Of a stretch of 64,000 nucleotides of DNA, positions 12,014 through 22,398 are shown piece by piece (the first letter of the stretch is position 1; the number at the start of each line of letters is the position of its first letter). The stretch is from contig NW_015167527.1 in NCBI RefSeq assembly GCF_001447785.1, forward strand, positions 1,874,778 through 1,938,777, read 5' to 3'. The translations under genes and the position numbers were made by a program. The notes beneath the pieces are model-generated. The model made no database searches, had not been told where the DNA came from, and saw nothing but the letters and a program-made list of their open reading frames with translations. This DNA comes from Gekko japonicus. Taxonomy: Eukaryota.

Positions 12014-13388
12014 GGCCCCGGTCACACAAGCGGGAAAAGCCGCGGGGGAAGTGCGGCTTTTTAGAGCCACAACAAACAGAAGCGCGGCAGCGGGATCAGA
12101 CAGGTCCCCTGAGNNNNNNNNNNNNNNNNNNNNNNNNNNNNNNNNNNNNNNNNNNNNNNNNNNNNNNNNNNNNNNNNNNNNNNNNNNNNNNNNNNNNNNN
12201 NNNNNNNNNNNNNNNNNNNNNNNNNNNNNNNNNNNNNNNNNGTATGTACTGCCCTTTCACTAGTCTCTCTTATTTTTTTATTTTTTGGCCCCCCCGGAGG
12301 GGATTTTTTATTGCATTTTCTATAGACTACAAACTACAATGAAAAAAGGGAGGGGACAATTACATCTAAGGAGAAAGGAAAGAAAATCACTAATAACTAA
12401 AACCCCAAGTATAGGAGATCATTTCAACCGCTTATATCAGTATTAGTCTAAAAATACTAAAATCACACTGAACATGGTCGATTAAGCTATGATATTAGTC
12501 TTCATATCGACTAGTTACACTGTTTAAAGAGAGTCACCAGAGCATCATTGATAATAAAAGCTTATAAGGCACAATTCAGAGTTCTTCAGCCATTATTTTG
12601 TTTTATCTTTTCTTATCCTCAATTGATAATCGCGTTTTGGGGCCGCCCCCCCTTTTCAGATGCAGAGTCCTCATCGGAAGAAGGAATAGGAGAGTCCATT
12701 TCCTCGCTAGGTTTGCTGTCCTCGTCCTCGCTGCCGTCCTCTCCCGAATCTCCCAGTTGCAGTCTCAGAAATTCACGTGTTTTAGAAACAGAGTCAATTT
12801 TTTCTTTTTTCCTTTAATTTGAAAAGGATGCCCTCGGGAATCAACCACCTGTAAGGAATGCTGTTTGTTTGCAAGAACATAATCAAGTCCTTATATTTCT
12901 GTCTCTATTTTCTTATTTCCAAAGGAATATCTTTTAGAATTCTGATGGTGTTGTCTCCAATTTTTAAGGGTGCTCCTGATGTTGCTTTCAATATTTGATC
13001 CTGCACATGTCTCTTCGAGAATCTTACCACTATTTCCCCAGGCAGATTATTTTTCTTGATGTATACGGAGTAGGCTCTATAAGCCACATCCATTTCACTT
13101 ATAAGATAGTCCGCTTTTAAATCTACAATTGGTGCAAGCGCATCACTCAAAAGTTGTTTCAGATTCTCATCTTTAGCCTCAGGGACACCTTGGAACTGGA
13201 GAACTAGGTTGGCTTTTTCCATTTGTAGCTGCATAAACTGAAATTCGTCAGAAACTTGCTTCAGCCAGAAGCTACGGGTTAGGAGTGGGTGTGCGACGCT
13301 TGCCAGATGTTGCCATCTGATCGCACCGGTTTAATCCGCCCTCAATCTGTGCGTTTCCCGGGGCAAATCCTCCCGTGTGACCGGGGCC
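12014..13388 (+). mobile_element. Harbinger non-autonomous element carrying an L1-ORF1 insert
   Basis: TIRs ggccccggtcacac / gtgtgaccggggcc, CAA TSD (12011-12013, 13389-13391). Right arm is related to the 46130 element. Gap at 12114-12241. Confidence 0.85.
12270..13260 (-). mobile_element. 5'-truncated ORF1-only L1 derivative (HAL1-like), pseudogenised
   Basis: ORF 12905-13234 (QGVPE...LP.EIVVRF...IRILKDIP) is L1 ORF1p RRM/CTD-like. It continues past a stop as RQKYKDLIMFLQTNSIPYRWLIPEGILF, then an acidic tail, a short UTR, AATAAA (12307-12312 rc) and an A-rich tail. No ORF2. Confidence 0.75.
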
Positions 13389-14988
13389 CAAGTATCTCTC
13401 ACTGAAAAGAACTAGAAAACTCTGAAATTAAGCTACAACCACACTTATATTTTAAGTTCTCAAATCTGTATATATTATAGTTTTACCTCAGCATTTCTAA
13501 ATCTTGATATCTCCTATATATATATTCCCTGCCTGTTAAATAAAATATTTATTCTGGTTTGAAAGTTACTCTGCCTCAAGTGACATTTCAGAAGGGTTTA
13601 AAAATAAATCATGACAGCTCCTATATTTTCCTTAAAGTTCCTGTGCTGGGTCAATAGCCTAAACAATTATCTGTGCCAGGGTGGGACAGTTTAGTTTATT
13701 AAGACAAAGAAGACATACACACTACCTAAGGGTGACTCAGTCACTGAGAGGAACTAAAGTTTTGGTGGGAAAATCTGACTGGGAAGAGACAGTGGTCTGT
13801 CAGAGTAGGTATCCCCAAATTAGCTTTTTCTTTAAGGCATTTCTGCAAACTTGGAGATTCCCTCAAATTTACAGTACTCTTAAATGGTAATCAGATTTAC
13901 CTATCTGCATGGGGTGAGTTTTTGGCTATTAGATATATATATATATATACACACATATATACATATATGGGTTTTTTATTTGCAAGTTTTGCCATGCAGT
14001 ACTAAACAGCTAGTCACATTGCCTTCAGTGGACTTAGAAGGGTGACATTCTGCTTAGGGTGACACTGTTAAGTGGTGCTACCTGCCTCAAGTCTGTAGGT
14101 GAAACAGTCTAGATATTTTTAAAAAATGGAACGAGTTTTACCATTTGACAGTTTACCAAACCACAGTCCAAACTGTATCCCAATGAATTATGAGAGAACT
14201 GTATGACTTTTCTTACAAAAGCACCCCCTATCTATCCACTTCCATCTCACTTTTGAAATCCTCCTTCCAAAAGTAGTTTCCTGTGTGGTTATGTAAGACT
14301 GTTGCTTAAGACCTGAGAATCTGAAATGCCATTGGCCTCTTGCAGTTAGTTGTGCAGTCCTCTGTGATTTGTATTCTCAAGAGATCCAGGAAGAAAAAGT
14401 ATCTATGCTACTTGTGAGCCAGGTAAATGCAGATAAAAATACACCTATTTCTAAAACAAGCCAGAAAATGAAGCATTTTAATCACATGATAACAATTTCA
14501 GAATGCTAACGACAAGCCTGCGTATGTGGTAGGTGTATCAGCAGGTCCCATGTTACAATGATCACCCCTCAGAAGAAAGTTTAATGCCGCTACCAGCTTC
14601 TCCTCATGTACTTGCATTAAGAACAGGAGCAAGATTGCATATGGCACTCATCATCCAATTGCTGCGGAACTTTCCTTGTAGATTTCCATTCACTTAAGCA
14701 GAGTTAATTGTTGACAGAAAAGAAGATTATTGTCAAGTTTCTTACATCATCATGTTGACCAAAGAAGAGATGGAGTCTGGATTTCCCCCCCTAACATTTC
14801 TCCAAGACAGTATGTTCAGTCCTTGCCCAGAACACAATCGCAGTTTTCAGTTCTCTGGTCCATTAAGATCCACTGCCATCAAGTTATCAAGTTCATTAAC
14901 ATGTTTGCCATCCTGTATATTTTTTAAAAAATCTTTGCAATGTAGAAAATTTTCTGCCTTGATAAAAGTTTTATGTTACCAGTTGATG

Positions 14989-15069
14989 TCAAGATTTCTT
15001 GTTCTGCTCCAAGATTTCTTGGCAACTTTTGTACACTTCCACAAGACAGTCCAGACGTGGCTTGGAGCT
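14989..15069 (-). CDS. PIGH: PIGH exon 4: SSKPRLDCLVEVYKSCQEILEQNKKS*
   Basis: Acceptor ttctcttctttgcag|, TGA at 14991-14989. Matches PIGH C-terminus (KPRLDCL.EVY.SCQEIL). Confidence 0.95.
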   Translation of the reverse strand, partial: SSKPRLDCLVEVYKSCQEILEQNKKS

Positions 15070-15862
15070 CTGCAAAGAAGAGAAATACTCAGATGGTTGA
15101 AGAATTTTGCATTTTGTAGATAAAAGGCGGAGTGTGGAAGCTTCACACAAACAGGGACAGTGCAACAAGAAAAGATTTCTCTCTCTCTCAAAGGATGGAT
15201 ATGGTTCATCAAATTGCTTGGAAAGGAAAAATTCTATGGCATATCACAGATGGACAAATTCCCTGCAGTTTGATTGAGAACTGGCTAATAACTTTTTTAA
15301 AAATGGAAATAGCTAATCTTTTTCCTGAGGTCAATTACAACCTTCAGAAACCCTTGACTGAGTTTTGAGATGTGGACTTTGGGCTTAGGAAAAAAATGAC
15401 AGCAACGGGTACGTGAAACAATCCAAAGATTTCACCCGAGGATGCCTCTAGAATGCACTTGAAATGCTGCTAAATATGTCCATGACAGTGTCCCAGATCC
15501 TAGAAGAACTAGGATATGGAGTTTCTAGGGCACCTGATAGTTCAGTATAGTGGTGCTCTGAAAAACCACATTATCTTAGGGTAGGGCTCCTTGCTCGAAA
15601 CTTCTGAACCAGGGAAGAATTTCTTGAGGAAATAGTGCTTAATTCATGAGGCAGCCAAACATTACAAGCTTTTTAAAAAGTCTTATTTTGGGCTAGGTAA
15701 ATAGAAGCTTCAGCATTATCATTAGTACTGTGCATGCTTTATGACCACAATGCTTCTGTTCCCAAGACTGCCACCACTGCATTTTTAAATCACTACAGCA
15801 TTCATGTCACTTAACTGCCAATGATTAAAAGAACCATTAACTTTTTCTTAAAGCATGCTAAT

Positions 15863-16076
15863 TAATAAATTAATTGATGAAGAGATTATCAGTGCAACCC
15901 TAAACTGAGCTACCCCTAATAAATTAATTGATGAAGAGATTATCATTGCAATCTAAAACTGAGCTACCCCCTTCTAAATTCAGTGAAGTCAATGGGCTTA
16001 GAAAGATATATCTGGGTTTAGGACACACATGAAGTCAATGGGCTTAGAAAGGTATATCTGGGTTTAGGGCACACAT
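15863..16076. repeat. Two adjacent tandem duplications (2 x ~53 bp and 2 x ~45 bp) in an old MITE
   Basis: taataaattaattgatgaagagattatc...gagctacccc x2; gaagtcaatgggcttagaaag...acacat x2. Confidence 0.85.
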
Positions 16077-16268
16077 TTACACTGAATCAGACCATTGGTC
16101 CATCAAGGTCTATATGGTCTACTCAGAGCAGCAGTGGCTCTCCAGGGTCTCAGGCACAGGTCTTTTACCTCACCTACCACCTGATCCTTTTAGCTGGAGG
16201 TGATGAGGACTGAAACTGAGACCTGCATGCCAAGCAGATGCTCTACACTAAGTCCTAGCCCTTCCCTT
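16068..16268 (-). mobile_element. tRNA-derived SINE (Squam2-like)
   Basis: Reverse-complement homologue of the 50037 copy. Confidence 0.7.
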
Positions 16269-18413
16269 GCATATTGGCACTGTATACCGTAATTATATTT
16301 TGTGTAGCTAACAATCTATCAAACAGTGTGCATAGAAACATTTTTAGTCATTGCTCTAGTAAAGTGTGGTACCTTGGTTCTTTGTGGATGACATTTATGA
16401 TTAGAAATTATTCCTGTAATTTGAATCATTCTCACAATTAACTGAATGCTTTAATGGTATTTGATATCATGCATTATGAGAGATGAGTCTCCACAATCTT
16501 GCATCCCTATTGTTCCTCCTAGGAATACAATGGAACATTTTAACCTCAAAGAGCCCTAGAAGCTAAATTAGACTGAGAAATATTGTCAAGCTTATGACCC
16601 TTGTAATTTGAGTTGGGTCACAAACCTAAGATTCCTATGTCCAAGTCCAAAGTTGCCAACTACACTGTAATGTTCTTTTATCACTATTTATATGTCGTTT
16701 GCTCATTTCATTTTGGCATAGTTTGCATTTTCTAGACAAAATCTGATTTTTTAATTATTAAAAAATTATAGCGACCAATAATAATGTGAACAGACTCCAT
16801 GCTTTGGGATGTGTGCCTTTAAAAGCCTGGGGACCATGAAAGACCATCTTTTCCCCTATTTATTTTCCCATTCCATCACCAAAGGCCCTGCTCTGGGTGT
16901 CTCCAAAGGTGAGGTAGGCAGCAACTAGAAACAGGGCCATCTAAGTGGTTATCCCTTACCTTAGCAATATCCTCCTCAGAAGAGTGCAGTTGGCTCCATT
17001 ATATTTATCCTTCAGATTGTAGAAAGACTGTTTTATTTCCTAGAGATTTCTTCTGAAATCTGTTGAGTTTTTGTTCATTGTGGCTGCTGATTTTGGGTTT
17101 TTTTTAATAACTGTTTTGTTTTTAATTGTATAAAATTTTATAAAATATTTTAACGAATATTTATGTATGCTATCTTCCACATTTATACAGTAATATAGAA
17201 TTTACATATTCTAATAAATCCAATGAACAAAAATATATCTTTATGGTTGTAATCCTAAATATAAGAAAGTACAGTTTTGACTGGATAATGATGAGCTGTA
17301 CATTTTCATAAAACCATCCTTGGTTTTTATGGCTATTCAAAAATTGCTTAGTCCATCCTATGATCTTTTCCATTATGGGCAACATTTGGTGTTTGTGCTG
17401 TCTATGGGACTTCTGTTAGAATCTTGCAGATCTATTTATTTAAAATATTCTTGTCCTAATGCTCAGTACAGACAACAAAACAAAATGGAGCTGTTTTCTC
17501 ACAGCTGCAGAGATAAGTTTTTAAATGTATGACAAAAATGCAAAAAATATCAGAAAGAAGAGCCAAGTTTTAAAATCCCAAATGAATGTGATATGGTGAA
17601 CCACAAAACAAATACTAACTCCATCAACATTAACACTGAAGAATGGGCACAAAATGGTGACTTCATACCTTCTACTACTGCTTAGACCAAAAAATAAGAA
17701 AATTAAAAAGAAGTGAATTTGTCTGTATTTTATTTGTAGCCTCCCCATCCTGCCCTTTCCCCTGGTGTTCTAATGACTTTCAAGCACTCTAAAAGTATAA
17801 AGTCCATTTGGAACCTATCTTTATGAAAGGGGCCACTGGGAAAGCAGGTTAAATCCTGTACGTGATTTTAGAAGTGTTAATAGGCTCAGTGGGGTGGTAA
17901 ATTGTATTCTTTAGAGGTGACATAACTGAGAAAAAAACAGGCTTAAATGCAACAAAAGGTGACAAGGGTTACTACCCCACCTACCTGTGCAAAATCAACT
18001 ACCTGGAAAGTTCAGCAGTCAATACATGCTCAATTGAGCATGTCACTGCTCTGTTGAAGATGCTGTTACTGCAAGTCAGTGAATTTCAAACTAAGACACA
18101 GGGATGTTTCTGGGCACTGGGTTGTTAACAAGATCACATAAGAAGCAGTGCTTTACAACACTGTCTAGAATTTTGGAAGAAAAAGGCCATAGTCAAAGCT
18201 GGAGGACAGACTGTACATGATGCAACATATATTTGCTACACTTATTATGACATGCCTGTGCACTTCTTCCAGTGAAGAAATATAAAAAACAAACAGATGG
18301 ACTCTGAGTGACATCCCAACAAGGAAAAAAACGTGCGCTTCATCTGAGTGACATCCCAACAAGGAAAAAAATGTGCAAGCAAGAAAAATTAAGCTCCTCA
18401 GATGTGGACTCAC

Positions 18414-18497
18414 CTGAAACAGTGGCACTACCTCAGAGACTACATGAGGATCTATAGGATCCTGAAGAAGAATGCACAGATAATAGATAACCTTTTG
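18414..18497 (-). CDS. PIGH: PIGH exon 3: QKVIYYLCILLQDPIDPHVVSEVVPLFQ
   Basis: 84 bp, tttgtag| ... |gtgagt, phase 0. Matches PIGH. Confidence 0.96.
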
Positions 18498-18652
18498 CTA
18501 CAAAAATAAAAACACACAAATAGAACAATGAGAAATTTGTTAGGAGGAGCGCTGAATCTATCATTTTAAAAATAAATGAAACCCCAGCATGAGAGGTTGC
18601 TAGCTTTGTCAGTATGATCACAATAACATTCAAATGGCAGTTCAAAATATGA

Positions 18653-19025
18653 ACATACATAGGTTCCTCATACCAAGCCAGGCTATTGGTCCACTCAGGT
18701 CAGTATGGGCTATTCTGACTGGTAGTGGCTCTCCATCCTCTCAGGCAGAGAATAGTCTTTGCCAACACCTGCTACTTGAGATCTTTTTAAATGGGGGTAC
18801 CAGCAATTGAGCCCAGACCTTGTCAGATCAGCCCTGATTAGACTTGGAGGGAAGACCACCAAGGCAGTTGCTGCGCAGAGGCAGGCAATGGCAAACCATC
18901 TCTGAACGACTCTCGCCTTGAAAACCCTATGAGGTCACCATACATCAGCTACGACTTGATGGCAAAAGCAAAAAAAGAAAAGCAAGAGATTGAACTTGGG
19001 TGCTCCCTGTACTGCCACAGCCCCT
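18653..19025. mobile_element. Squam2-like SINE (-) interrupted by a 5S-Sauria-like SINE fragment (+, ~18826-18975)
   Basis: Homology to the 50037 and 7588 copies respectively. Confidence 0.6.
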
Positions 19026-19720
19026 CCATCTTAGAGTGTAACAGTCCTTTAAAAGAACTTCCAAATCTCCTTCAGTGGCCAAAACAAGAGTACACAATCC
19101 CACGCTGGAGTTTTTAATAGATTGTCTTTAGGATCTGGCCAGTAGTACTAGGAACTACAACAACACTGTGAGCACTTATTAGCCTCCTTAGTTTTATTAC
19201 CACATGAAGAAACAGGTAAACATACCTTCTCCATTGTCCCTCATTTCCTTGCTCCCCCTCCTGACCCCATAAATGCTCAGCGAGAGGGTATCACATCCTC
19301 TTTCTCAGCTGGCTACTGAACGGTTTCCAGGATAGTTATATCCCAGAGTGGTCAGTAAAACTGGCGCCACCATGGAGACTGTTCTAAGCTAGAAGAGAAA
19401 CAGGAGTCAAGAATTATGTCTCCTGAATAACTCAAGAGTTTAACCCCCACCTCACAGTCAGCTTCTGCATCCCATTCAGATCTGCTGGAGAGGCCCTACT
19501 CAGAGTTGTCTCATTTCAGAAGAAAGGTCACCCATGGGAAAGAAATAAGTTTTATTTGCGGTTGCCAGAACACCAATGGACTCCACATCATCTGAGGTTC
19601 CTCTATACAAGTTCTAGAAGCCCCTTTTGGACATATAATTCTGCCCTCTTGTGCTTGCTGAATATAGAAAGCAGATAAAACTCTGAAGGAGTGGTGGCAC
19701 AGAACACAAGGGCAGCTTAC

Positions 19721-19930
19721 CATGTAGACGGCTTCGTTGATGACCACATCTTTTACCTGGTTCATCTCTATGAAAGTTGTACTCTCTTTGCCAGAAGCAT
19801 AGGATGAAGTCATCTGTATTCCAAGTGAGCCAACAATCAGCAGGGACTCCTGGTCGATCTTCACCAAGTGCAGATACACAAGCAAGCCAATCAGTGTGAC
19901 AAATATAGCAGCAGAGAGCACCACACTGTT
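19721..19930 (-). CDS. PIGH: PIGH exon 2: NSVVLSAAIFVTLIGLLVYLHLVKIDQESLL...VVINEAVYM
   Basis: 210 bp, ttacag| ... |gtaagc. Second TM helix plus PIG-H domain. Confidence 0.97.
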
Positions 19931-20816
19931 CTGTAATGGCAACCAAGCAAGGAATTTAAGATCAAATTCTGCAACTAGTGTTCTATTTCTGCCTAATTAA
20001 CTGGTAAGCTGAAGCCATAATTACATGGAATGAAACTATTCAGTCTGCAATTGTAGAAAAAATTATATGCATTAACCCACTGTGAAGGCAGGTAGGGTGA
20101 GATGGGAGTTCATATAGAAATCTGAAATAATGAACAGTACAGAGGTATACTTTAAATACATTCTCATAATAATGGAACATAGACTCTCCAGTGATATAAA
20201 CTGGTATGAAAACTAATAACAATGGACAATGCAGACATTTCAGAGAATGTGCTGACCAGAAATGGAAAAGTTTTGACACATCAAATGCTAGAGATACAGA
20301 CTTTGGTTTGTCATATTTCCAAAAGGTTTTTTCCCCCCAGTTACTACTTTCTTCTAAAGCCCATACATATGTTTTTGCACAGAGGTTATAGCAAAGAATT
20401 CCCCCCCCCCTTCCAGCTAGCAAATCTTAAAAACTCTACCTACTCTATCCAGGAATAGGGGAGTAGAGGAAAGTTAGGCAAATCTCAGACCTGGATTTAC
20501 AGGTACTTTGCTTTAGCAAAGCACATGTTGGGCCTCTTATTCTCTCACTATTGCCAACATGAAGATTGTAGGGTGTGCCTTTCTACTCACATGAGCAAAA
20601 CTGCTAGGAAATGGTTCGGTGCTATGGGGGGGGGGGGAATTGGGCAAGACAGGTTCGATTTTATTGTGCTGAAACTATATTTCACAGAATGAGGAAGGTA
20701 GGAGGAGGTGACCAGAGAGAGGAAAGGCTGTTATAAGTATGGGGAGATTAATAGGGAAAAGGGACTTCACTTTTTGAGAGTTCACTCAAATATATAGAGA
20801 CAAACAGACAGAAAGA

Positions 20817-21047
20817 GTAGTGGGGTATAGGTTAAAGTGTCCAGCTGGGATCTGGGAAACCCAGGTCCAAATTCCTGATCTGCCATGGAAGTTGGTGACT
20901 TTGGGCCAGTCACACTCCCTCAACCTAACCTACCTCACAGGGTTACTGTGAGGATAAAGGAGAGGGAATGATGTAAGCCGTTTTGGGTCCCCATTGGGAG
21001 AGAAAGGCATGATATAAATAAAGTAAATAAAATAAATAATAAATAAA
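20817..21047 (+). mobile_element. Squam3-like tRNA-derived SINE with (TAAA)n tail
   Basis: Homology to other copies (cctacctcacagggttactgtgagg). Confidence 0.7.
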
Positions 21048-21149
21048 TGTATGCAACTTGTAAGTATGATAAGCCTTTCTTTTAGGCAGTAAAAACTGAA
21101 ATCCTTCTGTTATTGTTGCTAATTGAGATTTCTGAAAAGTGGCATTAAA

Positions 21150-21940
21150 ATCTCATGCATGGGCTGGAGAAAGTGGGTAGAGAGAATTTTCTCTCCCTTT
21201 CTCGCAGTAGACCTCCCATAATGCTGGAACTCCGGGGCAGCCAATGAAGTTGGTGGGCAATAGACTCAGGACAAAAGTACTTTTGTTAATCAAAATGTAA
21301 TTAAATTGGGGGATTCATTGCCATTGGACATAGTTATGGCCACAAGTCAAGATGAATTTAAAGGAGGAGAGGTCCATTAGTGGTTACTAGCCAAGGTCAC
21401 TGAAGGGAGCCTCCATCCACAGAGGCAGCAGTCCTCTGAGTACAGCCAGGGCCAGCCCCAGCTTATTTTGCACCCTAGGCGAGCATCCCTTCTGGCGCCG
21501 CCACCCCCCCGTTGCTTGCCACCACCCCCCCCCAGTAAAAAGGTGTTGGGATTTGGGGCAGGAAAGGGCAGGTGGGGGGAGAGAACAACTCAGCGCTTGT
21601 AGCATGACAGTCCCTGACAGTTTTTTTTTTTCCATGACTAATGATGATGTCCGGCTCCTTGGGCAGTCCTGTGCGCGTTCCCCCGGCACTCCCAGTACAC
21701 CTCTCGTGGGAAGGAAGGGGCTTTTGGCGGAGGGGGGGGCTGGCAGGTGCAGTTGGGCACCCCTAAGTGCCGGTGCGCTCTGGCGAATGCCTAGTTCGCC
21801 TAGTGAGTGAGCCGGCCCTGAGTCAGGGGAAGCCTTGGCTCTATGCCCTGTTCATCTACCCTGCAAGACAACTGCTTGGACACTGTGCAATACAGAATAC
21901 TTGGTCAGATGTATGACCCAACAGAGCTCTTCTTATGTTC
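21150..21940 (+). mobile_element. CR1 LINE 3' fragment interrupted by a GC-rich hAT-like element (21447-21820)
   Basis: CR1-type ORF2 end and 3' tail (...gctcttcttatgttc); insert bounded by cagggccagc / gccggccctg. Confidence 0.6.
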
Positions 21941-22218
21941 CCTTCCCCAGAATTAAACCCTCCTGAATTTAATAGCGGTTACTGCCGAGTAAAAGCAGGC
22001 ATGATAGGCCTGCAGAAGTCGGGGGCAGGTGCTCCGTTGGGGTGAAATGGTGGCTGCAATATTCAGCGCATCTCTTGCAGCGGCAGGACCCCTTAGCNNN
22101 NNNNNNNNNNNNNNNNNNNNNNNNNNNNNNNNNNNNNNNNNNNNNNNNNNNNNNNNNNNNNNNNNNNNNNNNNNNNNNNNNNNNNNNNNNNNNNNNNNNN
22201 NNGGGGGCTCTTCGGTAC

Positions 22219-22398
22219 CTGACAGAGCAAAAAGAGCCCGTAGGCCACCAGCCACACCGAGCAAGTGACCGCGCTGAGCGATCGGAGTTGCAGCCGCGGG
22301 CAGCGCACCAGGAACTCCCGACAGGAGGCGCTGTAGTGGCGGCGCTGCAACGTGATGCGCTCCCCAGACACCGTCACGTACTCCTCTTCGTCCGCCAT
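22219..22398 (-). CDS. PIGH: PIGH first coding exon: MADEEEYVTVSGERITLQRRHYSASCREF...VAYGLFLLCQ (GPI-GlcNAc transferase subunit H, 184 aa total)
   Basis: ATG at 22398, 180 bp, donor |gtaccg. Matches PIGH N-terminus (L.RR.YS.SCREF...P.L.LRSL.AVTC.VWL.AYGLF.LC). Confidence 0.96.

Larger units (their letters stand above)
11352..13616 (+). mobile_element. Probable solo LTR interrupted by a Harbinger element; boundaries uncertain
   Basis: TG...CA-bounded, purine-rich sequence with late AATAAA (~13538). The Harbinger at 12014-13388 has a clean CAA TSD within it. No clean LTR TSD found. Confidence 0.4.

Noticed and set aside
14565-14660. C/D-box-like motifs (ATGATGA...CTGA) on the minus strand downstream of the PIGH stop
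   Set aside because: No terminal stem or recognisable rRNA guide, and not intronic.
15863-16076. Repeat-spacer-like pattern (CRISPR-like)
   Set aside because: Simple two-copy duplications in vertebrate intron DNA; no unique spacers and no cas genes.
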